A stretch of DNA of 64,000 bases from Thecamonas trahens ATCC 50062 (taxonomy: Eukaryota > Protista > Apusomonadida): NCBI RefSeq assembly GCF_000142905.1, contig NW_013657644.1:1-64000 (forward strand). Direction: 5' to 3'. Below, one piece after another: positions 56,253 through 64,000 of this stretch. The position numbers were made by a program, and so were the translations under genes. The notes beneath the pieces are model-generated. The model saw only the letters and a list, made by a program, of their open reading frames with translations, had not been told where the DNA came from and did no database searches. Within the stretch, counting starts at the first letter, position 1, and each line of letters begins with the position of its first letter.

Positions 56253-56538
56253 GGGGGAAGGGGGGTGAAGTGGGAGGGAGGGGGAGGGGGGGGGGGGGGG
56301 GCTGGGGGGTGGCTGGGGTGAGGGTGAGGTTGAGTTGGCGGGCGAGTCGGCGGGCGGGCGGCAGTGGGCAGGCAAGACGGGAAGAGGTTGGTCTTCAATG
56401 GGGCGGCTCCTTGCCAATGGCAAGGAGGCCAGCAGGCGGCGCAGGGTGGAGCACCGCGGAAAGGGGGGGAGGGGAGGGAGTACAGGGAAGAGGTGGCTTG
56501 AGGTGGATATGTGCAGAGGGATGCACGACACGATGGAC

Positions 56539-58655
56539 TTACGAGTCCGACGAGTCGAGGGTGGCCGGGGGCGGGGCGGCCGGCTTAGGCGCGGCGGCCG
56601 GTGGCGGGGGCGGGGCTGGGGCAGCGGCGGCGTCGCCGGGCATGTCGTCAAACTCGGGGATGAAGCCAAACTCCTCACCGTCGACGGCGACGTGGGTGAG
56701 CGGCATGTCATCCTCCTTGTACGTGGCGAGCGTGTCCTCCTCGAAGAGGTAGTCCTTGTCGTCGAACCGGTCGCCGGCCTTGGCGCCGCTGCGGGAGATC
56801 TTCCACAGCAGACCGAGGATGAGGAGAACCGCAATGACGACAACAACAATGACCGTGCCAATGACAATGGTCGAGTTGGTGTTGTCCTCCTTGGGCGCAA
56901 CAGTGCCTTGTCCAGCAGTCGCACTGCCGGCCGGAGGCGACGTTGGCGGCGGCGGCGGAGGCGGAGACGGCGGCGGCGGCGGAGGAGGCGACGGCGGCGG
57001 CGGCGGGGGCGACGGCGGCGGCGGCGGGGGCGACGGCGGTGGAGGCGGCGACGGCGGCGGCGGAGGCGACGGCGGAGGCGGCGGCGGCGGCGACGGCGGC
57101 GGCGGCGGGGGCGGCGACGGCGGCGGAGGCGGCGACGGAGGCGGCGGCGGAGGCGGCGACGGCGGCGGCGGCGGCGGCGACGGCGGAGGAGGGGGAGCCG
57201 GAGACGGCGGCGGCGACGGCGGCGGGGGCGGCGACGGCGGCGGCGGCGGCGACGGCGGAGGAGGAGGAGGNNNNNNNNNNNNNNNNNNNNNNNNNNNNNN
57301 NNNNNNNNNNNNNNNNNNNNNNNNNNNNNNNNNNNNNNNNNNNNNNNNNNNNNNNNNNNNNNNNNNNNNNNNNNNNNNNNNNNNNNNNNNNNNNNNNNNN
57401 NNNNNNNNNNNNNNNNNNNNNNNNNNNNNNNNNNNNNNNNNNNNNNNNNNNNNNNNNNNNNNNNNNNNNNNNNNNNNNNNNNNNNNNNNNNNNNNNNNNN
57501 NNNNNNNNNNNNNNNNNNNNNNNNNNNNNNNNNNNNNNNNNNNNNNNNNNNNNNNNNNNNNNNNNNNNNNNNNNNNNNNNNNNNNNNNNNNNNNNNNNNN
57601 NNNNNNNNNNNNNNNNNNNNNNNNNNNNNNNNNNNNNNNNNNNNNNNNNNNNNNNNNNNNNNNNNNNNNNNNNNNNNNNNNNNNNNNNNNNNNNNNNNNN
57701 NNNNNNNNNNNNNNNNNNNNNNNNNNNNNNNNNNNNNNNNNNNNNNNNNNNNNNNNNNNNNNNNNNNNNNNNNNNNNNNNNNNNNNNNNNNNNNNNNNNN
57801 NNNNNNNNNNNNNNNNNNNNNNNNNNNNNNNNNNNNNNNNNNNNNNNNNNNNNNNNNNNNNNNNNNNNNNNNNNNNNNNNNNNNNNNNNNNNNNNNNNNN
57901 NNNNNNNNNNNNNNNNNNNNNNNNNNNNNNNNNNNNNNNNNNNNNNNNNNNNNNNNNNNNNNNNNNNNNNNNNNNNNNNNNNNNNNNNNNNNNNNNNNNN
58001 NNNNNNNNNNNNNNNNNNNNNNNNNNNNNNNNNNNNNNNNNNNNNNNNNNNNNNNNNNNNNNNNNNNNNNNNNNGGCGGCGGAGGTGGCGGCGGCGGCGG
58101 CAGCTGGGCCGATGCCACGTTCACCATCGCCAGCAGCGCCAGCGCACAGAGTGCGAGGACGGCACCAGTTCGGCTGCAGGTATGACGAGGCGTGAGCAAG
58201 GGGAAGGGGCGGGTGAGTGGGTGGGTGGGGGGGTGACAGGGGGCAGACTACCCCGTCTGCCTTTGCCAGTCGCTTGATTTTTTTGGGCCACAGACGGCGC
58301 CCATTGTGGCGGGAGGGGGTACCCATAGGGGAGCCAGCTAGGCGAAAGACGCCACCTTATGCAGCATTAACCACACCAGAGTGTGCAATCCATGCTAACT
58401 ACGGTGGCTATGTCCATAGCACGCCCCAAAGGTCCTCTGCCAAGCCGTCCAGCCCGCGGCAAGGGCCCCTCCTCCCCTTCCACGCGTGTCGCCTTGGAAG
58501 GTGATCCAAGCAGCCGTTGCATATTTTTTTGGCCTCGCTGGTCGCGCCCGGCCGGCTATACATGGCAGCTGGTATAGGCAAGAGAGGATGGAAATGGAAG
58601 GAGGGAGGGGAGGAGAATGACGGGTGGTGGTGGTGAGGGGGAAGACGTACCGCAT
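56539..58655 (-). CDS. Type I membrane protein with extensin-like (SPPPP)n ectodomain; 5-nt coding first exon (58655-58651), second exon from 58173 across the gap
   Basis: ATGCG|GTACGT...GCTCAC...CTGCAG|C gives the signal peptide MRRTGAVLALCALALLAMVNVASA. SP4-6 repeats, TM IVIGTVIVVVVIAVLLILGLLW and an acidic tail follow. Confidence 0.75.
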
Positions 58656-58948
58656 ATGTGTAAGGGGGTGGCGCGAAAGGGTAAAGTGTACCCAGGTGCA
58701 CCACCCCTGCCGCCGTCGCTCCTTGCCGCCATATCATGGTCGTTGTTCATGGCGCCATTTGGGTGGGAATGTGCAATTCTACGTAATGACCACCATTACG
58801 AACGAATGCCTGATTGACTTGCAATGCATGTGGGTGACATCATTGCTTTTACATTGATGATAATCATGTTGGACATGGTTGTTGACCACTGCCGCAAAAC
58901 GGTCGACGGTACCGTCCGTGACGTTGGACAGTTGTGTTTGTGCATGTT

Positions 58949-61900
58949 TTACGACTCAGCACTGTCATTGTCGACCGTGAGATGGCGATCGATAAACTCG
59001 TGGGTGGCGGTCTGGATCGCGGCCAGATCGTCAGCGTGTGCCTGCCCGGCGTCGGCGGCGTAGCCATCGGCCCGCGCAACCCGAGTGTCGAGCGCAGCCT
59101 CGACGTGCTGGAACCGCTCGAGCGCAGAGGCGAGCGAAGCGAACCTGTCCTCAATGGCGCGGAACTTGGCGTCCTCAGCGGCGAGCTTGGTCTGTGTCTG
59201 GACTTGCATCTCGTACATCTGCTCCAGTGCGCGCACCGTCTTATCTTGCCGCGCATCAGCCTCGGCGAGCGTCGCCTTCTGGCTGGCCAGCTCCGCCGCC
59301 ACCCGCTCCTCGGTAGCGCGCAGCGCGCTGGCGAGCTGCCCGAGCGCCTCGGCCTCGGCTGAAGCAATCTTTTCCTGGTGCTCGGCCAGCTTGCCGACCT
59401 GGCTGGCAAACGCCTCTGCCTGCGCCGCTTGCGATGCCTTGACCTGGTCGACGACCAAGTGCAGCGACTTGGTCAGCCGCTCGTCGGCCGCAGCCTGTGC
59501 CTGCATCAGCTCGGAAATACGCGCATGCGTCGCAGCCTCGGAGCCCGCAACCTGCTCCAGCGTCGTGACCAGCGTCTTTTGGCCCGACGAGAGCGTCGAG
59601 ACTGCTCCCGTCAGCTCAACCATCCGCGCTGCCTGCGCCTCAAGCCCCGCGCCCTGCTGCTCAACTTGGCGCCGCAGCGCTGCCTGCGCCTCGCTCTGTT
59701 GAGCCAACGACGCTTCCAGTTGCTCAAGCACCTCAGCCTTGATCTGATCAGCCGCCGCACGCGGAAGCGAAGCTTGGGCCTCGCCGCGAGCGCTAGGTGT
59801 CACAGACTTCGTCCCCGCCCCTGCAGACGTACCGGCCTGCGACCGCTCGGCAGCCAGCGCAGCCTCCAACTGCGCAATCCGCACTGCCTTGGCTTCCTGG
59901 GTTGCCTCCTTCTTCACCGCACCCTCGGGCTCTTCCAGCTTGGCTCGCGTCGTGCTCGCAGTGGTTCCTGCATCGCGTTCCAGATCATGCAGCCGCGCCT
60001 CCATGACCTGCAGCTGCTGCGCAAGGAGCTGCGCAACCTGACCTTCCTCATCCGTTCTCCCCCGGGTAGTCTGGACTGGCGCCGAGTCGACCTTGGCCTT
60101 CAGCGCGCCCTCCTCTGCTGCCACGCCCTCGACCATCCGGCGGAGCTCGGCGATCTCAAGCTTGACCGCCTCGCGGCTGTGCATAGCGTCACGCTCGAGC
60201 TCGTGCTGCGCCGCTGCAAGCTCCTTCCCCTCAGCCGCCGCCGCTGCCGCCACCTCCGACTTGAGCTCCATCCGCAGCGCGTCTTCACGACGCCGCGCCT
60301 CGGCCTCGGTCTTGGCTGCTGCGTCGAGAGCCCGCCGCTCTGCATCCTGCAGCGCACGTTGCAAGTCGTGGATCTCGGTCTGCATCTGCATCATCTCGCG
60401 AACCTGCGCCATAGACTGTGACACCGACGCGCCAGCTGGCGCGACACTTGCGGCCGTAGGTCCCGGTGCCGGCGTCCGCGACAGCTGCCCTAGCGCCTGA
60501 GTAATGGCCGCTCCGAGCTGCGACGACTGCTGCGCAAGCGCAGCCTTGATATCTGCGGACATGGCCGTCATGGACGCCTGCAGCACCTGGGTACTGCCCT
60601 CGCTCCCAGCCGTCGGGCCGGGCGCCGACGGCTGGGTGCCCTGCCGCACAGCCTCGCGCGTCTGGTCTACCAGGGCCTGTAGCATGTGCGTCTGGTCGTC
60701 AAGCCGCCGGAGGACCGCGTCGTTGCGTGGAGCCGAATCCAGAGCAGTTGTGGGCGCAGCCGGCACTCTTCCCGCTGCCGCCGCCGCGGCCTGCATCTGC
60801 GCCTCGGTCTGCGAAGCCAGCTGTTGCTCAAGCCGGTCTGCCTGCGCCTGCGATGCAGCCATAAACGCGTCAAGCTGCGCTTGTGAGCGATCGGCTGCCC
60901 GGCGCTCGCGCGCGTCAGCATCTACCTGCGCAAGCTTAGTCTCCAGCTGCGCAATGGCGTGCTCCTTGGCCTCTAGTGTCTCACGCCATGATGCCTCGCG
61001 AGCAGCGGCATCACGGGCCGCCACAGCTTCGTCCTGTGCCACCAGGCGCGCCTCAAGCCTCGCCATGTGCTCGGCTGACTCGGCCTGGGCCTCACGGACC
61101 GCGGCGCGCAGGTCGTCTTTCAACTCGGCATGGCGCGCCAGCTCGAGCGCACGCTCACGCTCCAGCGCCAAGGCCTGGGCCTCGCGGTCGACAACCTCAG
61201 CTCGGGCAGCGAGCCGGGCCTCGGCGGCGTCGAGACTCGCCAGCCGCTGCTGCAACTCGGCGTCCGCTCGAGCTTGCGTCACCTCGTGGTCGCGGAGCGC
61301 GGCGTCCAGCCGCGCAGCACGGGCATCGAGCTCGCGCTCCTGGGCCACAAGCGCGTTGCGGGCCGCTGTCGCGTCGGCAGCGGCCTCGCGCTGTGCGATG
61401 TCGATGGCCAGTTGCTCGTCGACAATGGCGCCGGCCACGTCGATGCCCTTGCGAACAAGCGACTCGGCCTCCTCCAGCTGCTCAATTGAGCGCTCACGCG
61501 CGCGCCGCAGCTTGGCCTCGTCCGACGACGCCGAGTGATACTCATCGACGTCCCACGAATCGGAATCGTCTGACGCCGACACAAACGTGGCCGTAGTATT
61601 GAACCGCGACCGCGACGCATTCTGTTCGCGCCCACGCTCCCGCTTCCGCCGCCGACGCGGCGAGCCCTTTCGCCGCCGCTCCCGCTGCCTCCCTACCTCA
61701 CCGTGCTGCACCGGCTCATTTTGCGGGACAGAGACGACGAGCGAGGCACGGCCATCAGGCGAGACCGATCGGGTGACAGCGCGACGACGCGGATGATACT
61801 GAATGCCCATCTGTGGCATGGATTCTCGAGGAGCAGCGCGAAAAGCACGAGCCCGTCTCGCCTTTGACTCTGCAGCAATGCGATCGAGCACAAGCGACGA

Positions 61901-62269
61901 CTCGAGATCAGAGAGGATCTCTCTCTTGCGGGCCTCGACCCGAGCATTCCATCTCGATCTCGACGACAGCATACCCATGCGTGTGGTCGATGCCACAGCC
62001 GATGCCGATGCCGAAGCCGAAGCCGAAGCCGAAGCCGAAGCCAAAGGCGGAGACACCAAAGTTGATGACAATGATGAAGTACCAGTACCTCTCATGGGAG
62101 GAGTTGACCTCCTCGGCGAGAACCTCCTCGATCCCTGCCTCCTCTGCCGAGTCAGCGGCGAGTCGACCAGTCCACCCGTGCCCGAGACAGTGTAGGGAAA
62201 GCCAGAGGCAGCCTGTGGAATGGGTGATGGAGACAGATGGTCTTGCCCATGACCCGTGTGTTCAGACAT
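58949..62269 (-). CDS. Large coiled-coil protein, function unknown
   Basis: ~1100-aa open frame rich in A/E/Q/R heptads. ATG at 62269 follows a poly-C tract. Confidence 0.8.
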   Translation of the reverse strand: MSEHTGHGQDHLSPSPIPQAASGFPYTVSGTGGLVDSPLTRQRRQGSRRFSPRRSTPPMRGTGTSSLSSTLVSPPLASASASASASASASAVASTTRMGMLSSRSRWNARVEARKREILSDLESSLVLDRIAAESKARRARAFRAAPRESMPQMGIQYHPRRRAVTRSVSPDGRASLVVSVPQNEPVQHGEVGRQRERRRKGSPRRRRKRERGREQNASRSRFNTTATFVSASDDSDSWDVDEYHSASSDEAKLRRARERSIEQLEEAESLVRKGIDVAGAIVDEQLAIDIAQREAAADATAARNALVAQERELDARAARLDAALRDHEVTQARADAELQQRLASLDAAEARLAARAEVVDREAQALALERERALELARHAELKDDLRAAVREAQAESAEHMARLEARLVAQDEAVAARDAAAREASWRETLEAKEHAIAQLETKLAQVDADARERRAADRSQAQLDAFMAASQAQADRLEQQLASQTEAQMQAAAAAAGRVPAAPTTALDSAPRNDAVLRRLDDQTHMLQALVDQTREAVRQGTQPSAPGPTAGSEGSTQVLQASMTAMSADIKAALAQQSSQLGAAITQALGQLSRTPAPGPTAASVAPAGASVSQSMAQVREMMQMQTEIHDLQRALQDAERRALDAAAKTEAEARRREDALRMELKSEVAAAAAAEGKELAAAQHELERDAMHSREAVKLEIAELRRMVEGVAAEEGALKAKVDSAPVQTTRGRTDEEGQVAQLLAQQLQVMEARLHDLERDAGTTASTTRAKLEEPEGAVKKEATQEAKAVRIAQLEAALAAERSQAGTSAGAGTKSVTPSARGEAQASLPRAAADQIKAEVLEQLEASLAQQSEAQAALRRQVEQQGAGLEAQAARMVELTGAVSTLSSGQKTLVTTLEQVAGSEAATHARISELMQAQAAADERLTKSLHLVVDQVKASQAAQAEAFASQVGKLAEHQEKIASAEAEALGQLASALRATEERVAAELASQKATLAEADARQDKTVRALEQMYEMQVQTQTKLAAEDAKFRAIEDRFASLASALERFQHVEAALDTRVARADGYAADAGQAHADDLAAIQTATHEFIDRHLTVDNDSAES

Positions 62270-62694
62270 AGGGGCGCGCGGGGGGGGGGGGGGGGGGGCG
62301 GCGAGGGCGAGAGACGGCAACGGACGGTTGATGGACAGAGAGGGTGACAGGGGCAGGGGCAGGGGCAGGGGCAAGGGACAGAGGGACAGCGACAGGGGCG
62401 GGGGCAGGGACAGGGGGACAGAGACAGGGGGATTGGGTAAGGTTAAGGGCGAAGATATATCATCCAATACGATCCGACCCCATGGCTGACCGATGGTCAT
62501 CAATGGCATGCCGTTGATCCTCTTACCCATCCCCCCCCTCCCCTCCCCCCCCCCCTCTCCCCTCCTTCCCCATCCATCCATCTCGTCTCGGCTTTCGGCT
62601 GCCGGGGAGGAGGTGGTCAGACGGGAAGGGGGATATGCTCAGGTCGTCCACTTGTCGCCAGTGTTGGTTGAAGGAATACAAGGTGGAGGCTAGT

Positions 62695-64000
62695 ATGGAG
62701 GTTGGCATGGCAAAGAAGCGCAAGTTGGAAGACTCTGTGGCCCAGGAGAGCCCCCTGAAGAAGGCAAAGCCGCTGGTGCCGGCAGCAGCAGAGTCGCCTG
62801 CGACGGCTGCGACGGCTGCGACGGCTGCGACGGCTGCGACGGCTGCGACGGCTGCGCCGATGGCGAGTCCGGCAGAGATTGCAGAGGCCCGCAAAGCGAG
62901 GAGGAAGGCCAAGAAGCTGGCCAAGAAGGCTCGCAAGTCTGGCGTCCGCCATGGCGACATTTCCATGGCTCCGATGGCTCCGATGCCGCTGCCTGCGGGG
63001 GCCGGCGGGGCGATTTCCTTGACGGGCGATGGACTGTTCTCGGCATCGGCGTCGGCGTCAGCGGCGGCAGCGGCCTCCATCCTCGGCCCGCCTGAGCTCG
63101 AGATCCGGCAGACCAAGCTCAAGCGCCGCGGAAACGGTGGGAGCGACAACGCGCTGGGGCTCATCAAGCCGTTTGACGTCCAGGCACTCATCCTCTGGGT
63201 GCTCGGGCAGGGCGCCATGCCGTCGTGGATCTTTGTTCGTAACAAGTCGCGCATCCCGCAGGTGGTTGTGGTCATGATCAACTCGCTCGGGCCGGACGCG
63301 TACCTCGCGCCGACGGCGTCAACGACGATGCCGCTGCTGACCTCAACGTCCGCTTTTCCGCACGCCCTCGTGTCGCGGGCGCCCGGATCGCGCAAGCGGG
63401 TCTACTCGTTCCTCAACGAGCTGCTCAACATCCCGGTCAAGGCCTCCAAGACGACCAAGGCTGACAAGGCTGCGAAGAAGCTCAATGCTCGCAGCTCGCT
63501 CCTGACCCGCGCGCTCGCCGGCCCGCTTCCGCTCCTCTACTACTGCCTCACCGACGAGGACAGGATCGCCCATGAGTACCCGCTTGACGGCGCCGCCGCC
63601 AACGATCCCGAGTTCCGCTCGACAGGCTCGAGCCGACCGCCCGAGCCTGACGCCGTGGCCGAGACTCCCGACGCATACCGCTCCCCAGTCCCGATCTTTG
63701 CCCTCGACTGCGAGATGGTGCGGACCGAGGGTGGTGAGCTCGAGCTTGCCCGCATCACCGTCGTCAACTCGACATTCGACGTTGTGTACGACGAGTTGGT
63801 TAAGCCGACCAACCGCATCGTTGACTACGTCACCAAGTACTCGGGCATCACGCCAGCTATGCTTGCACCGGTGACCAAGCGGCTGGTAGATGTGCAGAAC
63901 GAGCTGCTCGCGCTGGTACCGTCCGACGCTGTCCTCGTCGGCCACTCGCTGGAGAACGATCTCCGCGCCCTCAAGCTCATCCACCGCCGAGTCATCGACA
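62695..64000 (+). CDS. DEDDh RNA exonuclease, REX1/REXO1/REXO5 family (runs off the window end)
   Basis: Open frame from ATG 62695 with IFALDCEMVRT, ELARITVV, YDELVKP...DYVTKYSGIT and LVGHSLENDLRALKLIH. Confidence 0.92.
   Translation, partial: MEVGMAKKRKLEDSVAQESPLKKAKPLVPAAAESPATAATAATAATAATAATAAPMASPAEIAEARKARRKAKKLAKKARKSGVRHGDISMAPMAPMPLPAGAGGAISLTGDGLFSASASASAAAAASILGPPELEIRQTKLKRRGNGGSDNALGLIKPFDVQALILWVLGQGAMPSWIFVRNKSRIPQVVVVMINSLGPDAYLAPTASTTMPLLTSTSAFPHALVSRAPGSRKRVYSFLNELLNIPVKASKTTKADKAAKKLNARSSLLTRALAGPLPLLYYCLTDEDRIAHEYPLDGAAANDPEFRSTGSSRPPEPDAVAETPDAYRSPVPIFALDCEMVRTEGGELELARITVVNSTFDVVYDELVKPTNRIVDYVTKYSGITPAMLAPVTKRLVDVQNELLALVPSDAVLVGHSLENDLRALKLIHRRVID

Overview
This is GC-rich, gene-dense, intron-poor eukaryotic nuclear DNA with four N-gaps. 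Inference only: it resembles a unicellular heterotroph such as an apusomonad (Thecamonas-like). About 30 protein-coding genes can be supported. Recognisable ones are MAF1, an ankyrin-MYND protein, a DHRS7-like SDR, VPS10/sortilin, KRR1, TOR, a PH-PH-ARM protein, a BAG-like+HSP20 protein, an RRM protein, NAA60-like, an MRH-domain receptor with a zinc-ribbon/WW tail, a SHIP-like inositol 5-phosphatase, PC4/SUB1, IDO, a large multi-TM surface protein, VPS45, L2HGDH, a strictosidine-synthase-like protein, MMAA, an SPPPP membrane protein, a coiled-coil protein and a REX1/REXO-type exonuclease. Eight spliceosomal introns could be reconstructed by hand, six with a GTACGT donor. Several genes carry single-base frameshifts, most likely sequencing errors. 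The standout is inside the 753-nt intron of the ankyrin-MYND gene: a ~610-nt element (5902-6511) bounded by a 7-bp terminal stem and box C/box D motifs, with a candidate internal D'/C' pair and two large, extensively base-paired domains. It is a candidate giant intron-encoded box C/D RNA of unknown function.
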